64,000 nt of DNA from Octopus sinensis (GCF_006345805.1 NC_043000.1:4774001-4838000); one strand, 5' to 3'. Shown: positions 27,111-40,885, counted from the first letter of the stretch. The notes: generated by a model from the sequence alone, not told the origin. Made by a program: numbers and translations.

Positions 27111-27282
27111 GGAAAAGACACTAAAAACAAAAACCAAATTCTCAATCCACTCCCTACCCAACTCCCTAAACAACAATCAAACAATTAAAGAAAAGCGAAA
27201 AGAAAATATAGACAAATAAAGCAAACACAACAATCTAATTTTACAGACACTTTCCATACAGCTATTAGAAAGACATAACAAA

Positions 27283-27333
<51 letters not shown>

Positions 27334-27419
27334 GATGCACACACACACACATGTATATTAATGTGTGTATATAAACTACATAAATATATGAGTGTGCATG
27401 TGTGTGTACAATGAATATT

Positions 27420-27790
27420 CATAATATATATATATATACACCCACACTCTCATATATATGTATAAACATATACACTCTCATATATATATGTATATACACA
27501 TACACTCTCGTATATATATGTATATACACATACACTCTCGTATATATATGTATATACACACACACCCTCATATATATGTATATACACATATACACTCTCA
27601 TATATATGTATAAACACATATACACTCTAATATATATATGTATATACACATATACTCTCGTATATATGTATATATACACACACACGCTTATATATATGTA
27701 TATATACACACACATGCTTATATATATGTATATATACATACACACTCTTATATATATTATATATATATACATACTCATATACATATTTAT
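27420..27790. repeat. Minisatellite of 28-30 bp built from TA/CA repeats
   Basis: Unit tatatatatgtatatacacatacactctcg, about 12 copies. Confidence 0.9.
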
Positions 27791-27942
27791 ATAAACACAC
27801 AGCCACCACATTACTGATGGTGAAATTTCATCCTACCTTTTAAGATACGAGGGTAGGGGAGGGTGGGAGTGTAGAAATGTAGAAATTAGTCTTGACAGAA
27901 ATACATTGATCTGAAAAACCAGTTTGAACAACAGATAAATCA

Positions 27943-27944
<2 letters not shown>

Positions 27945-27979
<35 letters not shown>

Positions 27980-28480
27980 CGTGTGTGTGCATATATATAT
28001 ATATATATGTATGTATGTATGTGTATATATATATCATCATCATCATGAATATACATACATATATATACATATATATATATGTATATTCACACACACATAT
28101 ATATATATATGAATATGCATACATATATATACATATATATATGTATATCTCTCTCTCTCTATATATATATATATGTGTGTATATTCATATATATATATAT
28201 ATATACATATATATATGCATATATATATATATGCATAGGTATATATATGTATATGCATATATATATGTATATATATATATATGTGTATATGTGTATATAT
28301 GCATATATATGCATATATATATGCATATAGAATATATATACATATAAATATGTATGTATATATATGCATATATATATATGTATATATGTCCATATATGTG
28401 TATGTATATATATATATATACACATACAAACACATATACATACATACATACATATATATACATATATATATACATACATA
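27945..28480. repeat. (TA)/(TG)/(CA) compound microsatellite
   Basis: Direct reading. Confidence 0.95.
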
Positions 28481-28539
28481 TTTGGCATCTTTGATGCCAT
28501 ACCTATCACCACCATAACTGCCAGTACTAACACACCACG

Positions 28540-29283
28540 TCACCAATACTACCACCAGCAGCAACAGCAACAGTAACACCACTACCACAACCACCACCAC
28601 CACCACCACTATTAACACCATCCCAAGCAACAGCAGTATCATGATCACTACCAACAGCCACCATTACCACCACGACTACCAAGATTACAGAGCCTTCATG
28701 TAGTCGTTTAACCTACTAGAAAGAGCAGCCAAATGTTCTCCATTTTACATCTAACCTCTTGGGAAAGGACACACTGGGTAATATAGATTTTCTACAGGAT
28801 GGTCACGGATGGAATGCCTTTGATAATAGGTTTGATCAGAACTAAAAAATATCAGCACACACACACACACACACACATACAAACGCACACTTGTATGCAC
28901 ACATGTACGCTATCACTCACACCACAACAACCTCCACTTCAAACCATCCTTGTTATAAGTACCACCACCACCACCACCACCATCGCCAGTGATTGCTATC
29001 ATTAGGATCAACCACCATGACCACCACCACCACTACCACCACCAAAACTGCAACCACCACTATTGCCACTACTACTGCTGTTGTTGCCATCACCACCGCC
29101 ACCACCATCATTACCATCTTTATCACCACCACTACCACCAGCACCACCACCACCACCAGCACCACCACTACCACCACCACAACAGCAAATTGACTGACAT
29201 TCCTCTATTACCAACACCATCCCAACCACAACTACTGCCGCCACCGCCACCACCACCACCACCCCACCACCACCACCACTAGC

Positions 29284-29314
<31 letters not shown>

Positions 29315-29540
29315 CTGTCATCATCAGCATGAACATCATTACTGCAATGAATGCCAACACTCAACACCCACAACCATCACCACAACTACTACTAGTACTA
29401 ACGCTGCCGACAACAACAACGCCAACAACAACAACAATAAGCAAAAATCACTGGAAAGTGGCAGCAGCAATAACAAGATCAACATAACCCCCCCCCAGCA
29501 AAAAAAAAGACCAACAACAACAACAACAACAACAATAATC
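28540..29540. repeat. Degenerate (CAC/CAA/CAT)n low-complexity region
   Basis: Direct reading. Confidence 0.9.
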
Positions 29541-29764
29541 GTAACAATAACATGCATGAAACCAAAGTGCATTTCAGCTAAAAGAAAGGCTTAAATGTTC
29601 CTTGGAAGAAGAACAAGAGTGGTGGTGGGGGGGGGGATTAGAGGAAAATTAAAGGAAACACAAGAAAAATAAAATAAATTCTTTCAAGAAACCATTAAAT
29701 CAATAAATAATACTTTCTCCACAGATGGTACTGTCATTCTTTTACTTTCATGCGTATCATTTAT

Positions 29765-29793
29765 ACATACATATATATATATTATATATATAT

Positions 29794-29847
<54 letters not shown>

Positions 29848-29967
29848 GTATATATATATATATTATATATATATATATGTATATATATATGTATATGTGC
29901 GTGTGTATATATACATATATATGTGTGTATATATATACATATATATATATGTATATATATATATATG

Positions 29968-30032
<65 letters not shown>

Positions 30033-30070
30033 GTATATATATATGTATATATATACACACACACACACAG
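29765..30070. repeat. (TA)n-rich tract
   Basis: Direct reading. Confidence 0.95.
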
Positions 30071-31211
30071 ACACGTGTTTATGTATGTATGTATCTATCT
30101 ATATAAGTATGTATGGATGAAAGAGACCCATATTGTTTTCATAGATGCCAGCATCAGTGATAAAACTTCACAATAGTCATCACTGACAATATGTGTGTGT
30201 GTGCATACCAGGGACGGGCTGCCTGGGTAGACATGGTAGGTAATTCCTACCCTGAATAAAATAGATTGATAGTAACATATTCATTTTATGGCAAAATATG
30301 CACTGAATTCAATAAAATTATGAAGGTTACTCTGATTACTCTGCATAAAATTTGCAGAGAAATATACCAAGGGAATTCCAGAATAACAGATCACAATATC
30401 AGTGTAAATAAACTTTTGCACTTTTCTTTTGTATTGAGTACTCCTCCCATTCCTTATTATCAAAGAGGACACACACACACACACATATATGATTTGCAAT
30501 TAGCACTGGTTGGTTGTTGTTTGACCCAAGATCAGTTCAGAACGAGCAGTCCTATAACAGGTGCCACTCATTTTTGGCATTGGAATGGATGGAACAATGT
30601 GAAATGAAGTGTCTGGCTCAAGGATACAACATGCTTCCAGGAATCAAATGCATGACCTTCAAACATGCGCACACACACACACACATACACACATTTTGTT
30701 CATTTACTTGTTTCAGTCATTTGACTATGGTCATACTGGAGCACCACCCTGAAGGGTCTAGTTGAACAAATCGACCCCAGGACTTATTTCTTAAGCATAG
30801 TATTTATTCTATTGGTTTCTTTTGCCAAAGTTATGGGGATATAAATACACCAACACTGGTTGTCAAGCAGTGACGTGATGGTGGAGAGGGGGACAAACAC
30901 AGACACAAAGGCACATGCACATAGATATATACGTACATGTGTACATGTATACGATGGGCTTCTTTCAGTTTCCGCCTGTCAAATTCACTCACAAGGCTTT
31001 AGTTAACTCGAGGCTATAGTATAGCCATATATATATATATATATATTACTATCTGCTTGTCTCCTCCCATCCTTTCTATCACATTATCGTTTTATCTCAT
31101 TTTGTTTGTTCAAAGATGCTTCTCCCTCTGTCTCTCTCTCTCTCATTCTTGCACTTCCTTTCCTTTAAGTTTTTGTTTGTTCACAGAAGGCTTACATAAT
31201 ATATTTTGCAA

Positions 31212-31245
<34 letters not shown>

Positions 31246-32082
31246 TATATGCTCTCTTCCCTTTCCTCTTAATGAATATTCATTAGGAAAATGATTTAGC
31301 AACAAGATAGTTAAGCTTCAGAGAAGATAAAAGAAAAAATCTAGATAAGCTATGTTTACCTAGATAGAACCAATTACAATTATTGCAATTATTGTTATCC
31401 TACAAACAGAACTTAGGCTCCACCCCACTTTGTTTTTCCTGTTTTTACAACCATTTTTTAGTAACAACATCGATTAGTCAGAGAGAGACTATTGTTGTTT
31501 TTTGTAATTGTTTAACCCCAGGTTAGTGCTGATCAAGCAGACCTATCATGAAAGGTACTCTAACAGTGAGAGTCGTACTGTTTCACATACAGAGATAACA
31601 GTAAAAACTTCCTTTGGTCATGAATGACCACACCTAAAAAGTTACCCTCTGAGGCGGAAGTATAGACAAGGTTGTTTATGGAAGACCAGCAGTTGCTCAT
31701 GCATACTGGCCTCAACTTTCCATGCCACCAATGTTATCTAAGGGAAAGGCAAAGGGGCCGATACAGTTTGGCACCTGTGATGTCGCAACTCATTTCTACA
31801 GCTGAGTGAATTGGAACAATGTGAAATAAAGTGTCTTGCTCAAGAACACAACACACAGCCCGATCTGGAAATCAAACTCACTACCTCATGATTGTGAGCC
31901 CAATGTTCTAACCATGGCCTACCAATGTATACAGTACATTTCTCTGCTCTAGGTGTCAGGAAGACTCTCCGCAAGAAATAGAAACAGAATTGAAAGAAGA
32001 TGCTAATGAAAATAAAGATAATGATAATCCTTTCTATTATAAGCAGAAGGCCTGAAATGTTTTTGGGGAAGTAAGTAGTTGT

Positions 32083-34340
32083 TTACATCGAGATACCATG
32101 GTCAAAGGGTATGCTCATGTCAATCAATACACAGACTTTATTGCTTTTGTCTTTCACAATAATATCTGGTCTATTTGCCTTGATGGTCTGGTCTGTACAT
32201 CCTGGGAAGTCCCAAAGTATAGTTACATTTTCTCCTTCAGTTACAGCCACAGAATGGTGCTTGTCCCATTTGTCAGCAGTTTTGATTTTATAACGCCGAC
32301 ACATTATCCAGTGTAGATATTGGACAGCTCTATCATGTCTTGATTTGTTCTCTACAGGTGCTAAAACCTTGCATCCAGAGATTAGGTGGTCCATTGTTTC
32401 TATCCCATCATTGCAGTATTGGCACTTTGGGTCTACACCATTTTTCATCAAGGCTTGATAGTTCCAGGTCAATAAGCTCTGATCTTCGGCAGCCAAGATA
32501 AAACCTTTCTCTGCCTTTAGCCCTGAGCTCCATAGCCACTGATGGGTGTGCTTCTGGTGTGCAAACACCAGCTTGTTTGCTATGGGCTACATATTTTCCA
32601 TGCAGAGATTTTTGTTCCTACCTATCAGCCAATTGTTCAAGTGCATTTTGCTTTGCTATTGATTTCACCTTCTTTGCAACTACAGTTGCTGCATTTCCCT
32701 TATGCTGTTCAATCTGGGTATTATGCATAAACTCACTTGAAAATGTTTACCCTCCTTCGTAATGGAATGAAGCTTCTTGCGCCTCCCGTGGTTTTCAACG
32801 AGCTTTAGCATCCAGTCGTTAGCTGCTTCAAGGTATTTTGCCAGTCCAATTGTGGTAATTTTGTAGGAGATTTCAAACTGGATCAAGCCTCAACCTCCTT
32901 GAGCTCTGGATAGGTAAAGACAATCTGCGTCTGCCTTTGGGTGGGGCATCTTATTGCAAGTCAGCATCTTATGGATTTTCCTGTCAATCTTCCTTGTTTC
33001 GCTCATATTCCAGTTCAACACATTGAAACTGTAAATAACAACCAGAACTGCTAAGGAATTTATAGCTAACACCTTGTTATGTGCATTTAACTTGGATTTT
33101 AGGACTACTCGAACTCTCCTGTAACACTCCTTCCTGATCTTCTCTTTCATACTTGCATGTTGAATGCCAGAACCCTCATTTATTCCAAGGTATTTGTAAG
33201 TTTGTTCCTGCTTCAATTCTTTTATGACTGCGTCAACATCCAACACCACTGAATGTGAGGTCTTCAGTTTCCCTTCCTGGAAAGTGGCCTTGGCACATTT
33301 ATCAAGACCAAATTCCGTCCCAATGTCATCATTGAATGCTTTCACAGTACATAGTAGTCCTTCAAGTTCATTAGCGTCTTTACTATAAAGTTTTAAGTCA
33401 TCCATATAAAATAGATGACTTATTTTCTTGCTGCCAATTTTATATCCATACCCTGTTCTGTTAAGTTCACTTGTAAGGGGTATTAGGGCTATACAGAAAA
33501 TTAAAGGTAGAAGTGAGTCACCTTGGAAAATGCCACAGTTGATATTAATATTTTTTGTGGCCAGTACTGTATTGTTGTCATTAGCATCCTTTTGTCTTGG
33601 GAGACAATGGAGTTGTGCATAAACCTGGGCTAAATGTAAGAAAATCCTGGGTAGCCCAATCATCAGGATTCCTCTCTTGATCTTGCTGACGTAGTCCAAA
33701 GGAGTGCAGAGCATCATGTTTGGCACCAGCTTGGTTGCAGGAGCTGCCAGAAGAGTGTTGAGTCAAACACTAAACCACCTACGGGGCTCTACTCTGCATT
33801 TCTTTGAAGGTTGTCTCCTTTCCGTAACTCTGGGTAGGGGCCAATACCAGGTACTGTCAGCTGGAGCCAGCTGAGGCCGGGACTCGTGTCAGGCAGGGTC
33901 ATCACTCCCTGAAGTAGTGAAGAAAATCGCTACCAAGTACCTAGTACTCTATTAGAGTGGTATAATTGGAGATTCATATTCCACACCAACATGTTGTGCT
34001 TCAGGAAGCTTGAAATTACAGGAGAAATTTTGAAGATATCCAGTGATTTCAAGATCCATGAATGCGGTATGCTGTTGAAGGCCTTTTTATAATCAATCCA
34101 TAAAAGAACTGAGATTTCTGCATTTGTTATGAAAGTTCTCAAGGATCGTTCGATTGATTAAGAGTTGGTCTTTACATCCATATGAGCCTCATCAGCACCA
34201 TTTTTGTTCAGTGGGGAAAAATATCATTCTGTTCCATAAATTTGTATGTTTTCTCCACGAGGATGGATGTTAAAATTTTATACATGGTAAATAGTTTTGG
34301 GGAAACTTGGTTTCGTTATTCTTCAGGAGTAGGTAAGTAA
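32083..34340 (-). mobile_element. Non-LTR retrotransposon with restriction-like endonuclease (R4/Dong-like), truncated at both ends
   Basis: RT motifs WIDYKKAFNSIPHSW, CGIFQGDSL and FYMDDLKLY. Zinc knuckle CQYC..ETMDHLISGC. RHD..LHW and ILWDF..TD..IKANRPDIIVKDK RLE motifs. Multiple stops and frameshifts. Confidence 0.85.
33569..33942 (-). mobile_element. 374-bp insertion inside the R4-like RT, with 6-bp TSD
   Basis: AGTACT at 33563-33568 and 33943-33948. Removing the insert rejoins YHSNRVL-ATKNININCGIFQGD. Confidence 0.75.
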
Positions 34341-34536
34341 TTATTATTATTATTATTATTATTATTATCATATCATTATTATTATTATATCATCATTATT
34401 ATTATTTTTATTATTATTATTATTATCATCATCATTATTATTATTATTATTATTATCATATCATTATTATATTATTATTATTTTTATTATTATTATTATT
34501 ATCATCATCATTATTATTATTATTATTATCATCATT

Positions 34537-34567
<31 letters not shown>

Positions 34568-34588
34568 TTATTATCATTATTATTATTA

Positions 34589-34633
<45 letters not shown>

Positions 34634-34652
34634 TATTATTATTATTATTATC

Positions 34653-34682
<30 letters not shown>
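34340..34682. repeat. (ATT/ATC)n tract abutting the R4-like element
   Basis: Direct reading. Confidence 0.95.
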
Positions 34683-34683
<1 letters not shown>

Positions 34684-34684
34684 A

Positions 34685-35330
34685 AGCAGTGAACTTGCAG
34701 GATTCTTAGTGTGTCATTACACAGAAGGTTTAACAGCATTTCTTCAGACTCTTTACATTCTGAGTTCAAGTTCCATCAAAGTTTACATCACTTTTCAGAT
34801 GGATAAAGGTTCCCTTTACTTTTCAGATGGATCAAGGTTCACTTCACTTTGGAGATGGATAAAACAAGGTGCCAGATGAGCAGTGGTATTAATGTAATTG
34901 ATTTATCACCCACTTCCAAAAAACTACTGATCTTGGGCCAAAATTTGAAGCAACTATTGAGTTCAAATTCTACTGGCATTGACTTGGACTTTCATACTTT
35001 CAGAGTCAATAAAATAAAGTACCAGTTGAGTACTGGAGTTGATGTAATCGACTTAACCTCTCATACTAAAATTGCTGGCCATCATAATTGTTATTATTAG
35101 TAGTAGTAATAAGGCATGAACAAGCAGGATCATTAGCATACCAGGTAAAATTCTTAGTGGTATTTCATCCATCTTTACATACAGAGTTCAAATATCTCTG
35201 AGGTCGATTTTGCTTTTCATCCTTTCAGAAGTGATAAAATAAGTACCAGTTGAATGCTGGGGGTCAATCTAATCAACCGATCCCACCCATGAAATTGTTA
35301 GTCTAGTGTCAAAACCTGAAAGCATTATCA
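34685..35330 (+). mobile_element. Three tandem SINE A copies or fragments
   Basis: Head-to-tail units next to a long (ATT)n tract. Confidence 0.7.
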
Positions 35331-35873
35331 TTAGTAGTAGTGGTAGCAGCAGCAACAGAAACAGTGACATGTGGTGGTGGTGGTGGTAGTGGAAGCAAAG
35401 GCAGCAGTAGTAGTAGCAGTGGCTACGTATTGCACTAAAATTCCTCTTTACGGTATGGGATTACAAATATAGGGTAAAGCCTGGAATTTCACGGAAAAAA
35501 AGAACAAAATCTCCAAGTCAAAGCTGAATCAATTTGGAATAGAAATAAGACAAAACCAAAACAGGACAAAACAAAACAAAAATCACTGAATATCTTTCAA
35601 ACACAAAAAATACAAACAAAAGCTAAAAGGTAAGGACAAAAACCATCAACAAAAAGATAAAAATAGCAATGACAAACCAACAACAACAACAGAAGCAACA
35701 ACCACAAGTAGTCAAAGTAAATCGAAACAATCAGATGCGGTATAAGCAATTTGTCTTTGTTTTTCTATCCTTAACGCTTGCCAATTTTTACCTTTCGTAT
35801 TGGTTTTTTTTCATTTTATTTACTTTTTGTAGCTTATTTGCTATTGATTTTTTTTCTTTGAAAATAAATTTTT

Positions 35874-36370
35874 TCGTGAAGTATATTTAAGCCTCTTAAA
35901 TGTGGCTAATGCTTAAGGGTGGATGCTACTGAAGCTTGTAGCCCCAGAAAGACACCTCCTCCAGCTGGCTATTGACGCACATTCTGTGCCCTATCAGTAT
36001 TTGCAAAGGAAAGCCATCCTTCCCATTCTCCAACCTGACATGATACACATGGCTCTGAGTTTCTGGGTACCGACCCATCATCAGCATGTGACAATCACCG
36101 GTTGTCGATGTGAAGTGGTCCCCAATGCAAATATATAAATCCTTTTTCCAGTGACGAAAAGTCACTGATCTCGAAAAGGTGTAAACAAGCAATGATTAAT
36201 CTCTGAGCAAGGTATAAACAGTGGCTGCACAACATCCCTTTGCAAATACTGATAGGGCACAGAAAGTGTGTCAATAGGCAGCTGGAGGAGGTGACCTCCT
36301 GGGGCTACAAGCTACAGTAGCAACCACCCTTAATGGTTAGCCACATTTAAATGGCAAATATACCTCACGA
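35874..36370. mobile_element. Long-TIR MITE / foldback element
   Basis: Inverted arms of about 135 bp (35874-36009 vs 36237-36370); the inner roughly 93 bp are highly similar. Internal TTAA|GGGTGG ... CCACCC|TTAA at 35913-36333. Confidence 0.8.
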
Positions 36371-36648
36371 TGTTATGCAGCTACTGTTTATACCTCACTC
36401 AGAGATTAATAATTAAATTTTTTCCATTTTCATTCTTTTATTCTTTTACATGTTTTAGGCATCTGACTGCAGCCATGCTGGAGTACCACCTTAAAGGGTT
36501 TCAGTCAAAGAAATCGAACCCAAGATTTATTCTTAGTAAGCCTAGCACTTATTTTATTGGTCATTTTTGCCAAACCACCAAGTTATGAGGACGTAAAAAC
36601 ACCAACATCAGTTGTCAAGTGATGGTGGGGGATAAACACAGACACACA

Positions 36649-36680
<32 letters not shown>

Positions 36681-36683
<3 letters not shown>

Positions 36684-36896
36684 TTTTCTACTCTAGGCAC
36701 AAGGCCCGAAATTATTGTGGAGAGGGCTAGTCAATTAGATTGACCCCAGGATGCAACTGGTCCTTAATTTATTGACCCTGAAAGGATGAAAGACAAAGTC
36801 AACCTCAGCAGAATTTGAACTCGGAATGTAAAAACAGACGAAATACCGCTAAGCATTTTGCCTGGCATGCTAATGTTTCTGCCAGCTTGCTACCTT
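36681..36896 (-). mobile_element. SINE A nested in the internal (TA)n of a SINE D copy (36435-37035)
   Basis: acaaaca(ta)n is duplicated on both sides, and the SINE D halves rejoin across it. Confidence 0.8.
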
Positions 36897-36899
36897 ACA

Positions 36900-36936
<37 letters not shown>

Positions 36937-37585
36937 GATGGGCTTCTTTCAGTTTCCGTCTACCAAATCCACTTACTAGGCTTTGGTTGGCCCAAGGCTA
37001 TAGAAGAAGACACCTGCCCAAGATGCCATGCAGTGGGGTCCAGAAGCTTGTTTTGCAACCACATGGTTTTGGGCTCAGATACCCTGTGCTGCACCTTTGG
37101 TAAATGTTTTCTGCTATAGCTTCAGACTGACAAATGCCTTATGAGTAAATTTGGTAGACAGAAACTGCATGGAAGCCTGTTGTATATATGTGTGTGTGTG
37201 TGTGGCAAACATATCAGTGTAGATGTGTGTGTATGTGTATGTACATGCATATCTGTGTATATGTGTGGATGTGTGTGCATGCAAACATATCTATGTATAT
37301 GTGTGTGTGTGTCTGTGTGTGCACACAAGTATATCTGTGTATATGTGTGGACGTGTGTGTGTGTGTGTGTGTAATTTAGTGTTTGTTCATCCTCCCACTT
37401 CTTGACAAATGGTGTTGGTTTGTTTACATCTGAAGAACTTTGCAGTTCAGCAAAAGAGTCTGATAGAATGTGTACCAAACTTAAAAGTAGAAAATAAGTA
37501 CAGGGGTTGATTTGTTTGACTAAATCCTCCAAGGTAGTGCGTGCCCCAGCTTGGTCACACTCCAATAACAGAAACAAATAAAAGG

Positions 37586-37619
<34 letters not shown>

Positions 37620-37654
37620 ATTATATATATATGTATATATATATCAATGGAAAT

Positions 37655-37975
37655 TGTAGTCGTGATACCAGTGCCAGTGGCATGTAAAAGAACCATCCGA
37701 ACGTGGCCGTTGCCAGCGCCGCCTCGGTGGCACGTAAAAAGCACCAACCAATCGTGGCCGTTGCCAGCTTTGCCTGGCACTTGTGCCGCAAAAAGCACCC
37801 ACTACACTCTCGGAGTGGTTGGCGTTAGGAAGGGCATCCAGCTGTAGAAACACTGCCGGATGAGACTGGGCCTGGTGCAGCCTCCTGGCGTCCCAGACCC
37901 CGGTTGAACCGTCCAACCCATGCTAGCATGGAAAGGAGACGTTAAACGATGATGATGATGATGATGATGATGATA
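37655..37975 (+). mobile_element. RTE 3'-UTR copy (family C)
   Basis: Same consensus with (GAT)n tail. Confidence 0.85.
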
Positions 37976-38394
37976 TATATATATATGTATTGGAATTTTC
38001 CTAAGTAACTCTTGTATGAAAGACCAGTGAGTTTATATAACAACGACAACAATAGCAACAACAACGATACAATGCCAGCTGTCATTTCATGAACTAAAAT
38101 TTCTTCCAAGTACAAACAGAGAGAGAGAGAGAGAATTCATTGATTAGATTCATTCACAGTGTGGAAAAGGACAGAAAGAAATGGATAGAGTTGAAAAACA
38201 ACCCTGGACACTAGTGGTGGCATTGAGTTAACCGATGCTATCCAGTTACAAATATAACACACACACATGCACGCGCACACACTCTCTCTCACTCACACAT
38301 ACACACACACACACAATTAACGATGATGGCAATAAGTACCTTGTAGTTGATAATGATTTCTTACATTGGTAGTGTGCCAGAGAATGTGTAGGAA

Positions 38395-39080
38395 AGAAAC
38401 AGAGAGAGGGAGACAGAAAGAGTATGTATGTGTGTGTGAGAGAGAGACAGAGAGAATGAAGGAGAGGGTGAGAGAGGGAGGGTAAAAGAGAGTGTGTGAG
38501 AGAGAGAGAGACAGACAGACAGAATGAAGGAGAGGGTGAGAGAGAGAGTAAAAGAGTGTGTGAGAGAGAGAGAGACAGACAGAATGAGAGAGGGAGAGTA
38601 AAAGAGAGTGTGTGAGAGAAAGAGTGTGTGTGAAAGAGAGAGTGAAAGAGAGAGCACATGAGAAAGAGTAAAAGAGAGTTTTGAGAGAAAGAGAGATAAG
38701 AGAGTGTGTGTGTGTGAGTGAGAGAGAAAGAGAGAGAGTAAGAGAGACACCCAGAAATAGAGAGAGAGAGAGAGAGAAAGATAGACAGAGAGAGAAGGGG
38801 AGAGAGAAAGACAAACAGATAGAGAGGGAGGGAGGGAACGAGGAAGAGACAAAAACACAGTGAGAGAAGGAAGGAGAGACAGCCAGAGATAGAGTGAGAG
38901 GAAGAAAGATATAGATAAGGAGAGAGGGAGAGAGACAAACATGGACATAGTGAGAGAGAGAGAGAGAGAGAGAGAGAAAGAAAGGAAGAGAGAGAGCCAA
39001 ACAGATAAACAGAGAGAGAAAGGAAGTGAGAAAGAGAGAGGGAAGTTACTGAGAATGAGGGGATGCAGAGGAAGAGAAAG
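38395..39080. repeat. GA-rich polypurine tract with higher-order units of about 60 bp
   Basis: gacagaatgaaggagagggtgagagag..taaaagagtgtgtgagaga repeated about 3 times. Confidence 0.9.
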
Positions 39081-40184
39081 AAAAAATTAAGAGATTCCAT
39101 TTGTGCAACAAACAGGTTATCAAAGCATGATGTGATGTGGCAGCTTCACATCAAATTGCCCCATGTTTTTTTGATGTTACTATATGTATGCATGTGTGTG
39201 TGTGTGTGTGTGTGTGTGAGGGGGTGCTTCCCACATATCTTTCTTTGCCAGTGGACATAATTTTTCACCAGTGTAAAAACAAGATAGATTTCTTCCCCAC
39301 TGCGAAAAAAGCTTCAACTTTTGAACAAAAGAATTCAACCTACCAAGAACAAAAGACAATAGCAAAATGTCTTTAAACTAGTCTTCTCCAACATTAATCA
39401 TACAACTACCACAGGTATGAACCCCAACCCTCAACCATTTTTTTGTCTTCTGAAGAATTTTAGCCTCATTGCAACAAATGTGGTTTTGCTCCAATTCTTT
39501 TTCTTTTCTCACCAGCTCTGTCCCCATTTATTGCCACCCTCTCTTCTATACTGTAAGTAGTCATGTATCTACCCAACAGCAAAAAATCTGTTTGAACCCC
39601 CTTTCTTCATACTTTAAACTCTCACCTCCTAATATATAATTTGCCTCTGTCTCTACTGTAGCTCCATAGAGGACCTTAATTTTGCAAGCTGCATGGCAAC
39701 CTCACTAGTGCTGGTTACACAGAAAATGCACCCAAGACACTCTGTAAAATGGTTGGTGTTGGAGAGGGTATCCAGTTGTAGAAACTATGTCAAAATAGAC
39801 AGAGCATGGTCCAAAGAGTGTGCCAGATAATGATGGTCAGATCATGTCAGGCGATCAAACCCATACCAGTATGGAAGATGGATGTTAAAAGATGAGGATG
39901 GCACTATGATAACACACCTCGACCCTTTCTTTTGTATTACTGTTGATTGTACCTAGTTCAACACCATCACCTGGTCAGTTGGTCCCTTTAGCAGAGTTCG
40001 CAATGTTGAAATTATATGTACTAAACCCTAGCTCAATTCCAAATTCTATTTATCCTACTGACATCGACTAGTAAATTCTCTGATGGGACATCAACCACAT
40101 CACTCTTCCTAATCTAGGGGGAACATGCAAACATCATGAACACCTGCCTTCTGCTTTCTTCTTATGAGTAACTAATATATTAAA

Positions 40185-40416
40185 GTGGTGAGCTGGCAGA
40201 AACGTTAGCACGCCGAGCGAAATGCTTAGCGGTATTTCATCTGCTGTTACATTCTGAGTTCAAATTCCGCCGAGGTTGACTTTGCCTTTCATCCTTTCAG
40301 GGTCGATAGATTAAGTACCAGTTACGCACTGGAGTCAATGTAATTGACTTAATCCAATTGTCTGTCCTTGTTTGTCCCCTCTCTGTTTAGCCCCTTGTGG
40401 GCAATAAAGAAAGAAG
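40185..40416 (+). mobile_element. tRNA-derived SINE family A (best-preserved copy)
   Basis: gtggtgagctggcagaaacgttagc..GAGTTCAAATTCC B box, then gaggttgactttgcctttcatcctttcagggtcgat..aagtaccag. Confidence 0.85.
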
Positions 40417-40712
40417 TAACTAATAAATTCTATGTTTGATTTCACTAACCATGGTAAGTCAATTCCACCAGCTGACTTGGCACAAGACCAACATTATTAA
40501 GAGTTGAGATATAGTCAATTGAATATACCTCATAAGAAACAAAATAAAAAAAGTAAAGTAAGGAAACTGGCGCTGCTCTGAGGCCTTGTTCCATTATTAC
40601 TTGATATTTTATTTCATTATTAATCAGTATTTCAAAATGAAACAACAAATATATATTTTAAAAAATGAAACAAATTCACTGAAATGCATTTGTGTATGTA
40701 TGTATATGTGTG

Positions 40713-40748
<36 letters not shown>

Positions 40749-40885
40749 AGAGCGTAAGCTCGAAACGTAAAAGATTTGTTTTATTTATATTCCTGAGCGC
40801 CATACTAATACAATTGTTTGTTTGTATTCCACCTGCCTTCGTCTTTTGTCTATTTTCATAAAGCTTCCCGTTATATATATATATA

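Noticed and set aside
27402-30176. Many YI/CV/HT-repeat and poly-V/T/H/G ORFs
   Set aside because: Dinucleotide and trinucleotide repeat artefacts, open in several frames on both strands.
38246-39100. 284-aa and 227-aa S/L-rich ORFs
   Set aside because: (CT)n low-complexity sequence.
40750-40860. GAGC-GTAA-GCTC-GAAACGTA hammerhead-like half
   Set aside because: The CUGANGA strand and stem I are missing (replaced by a microsatellite). It may be a Penelope-type remnant but cannot be called a ribozyme.
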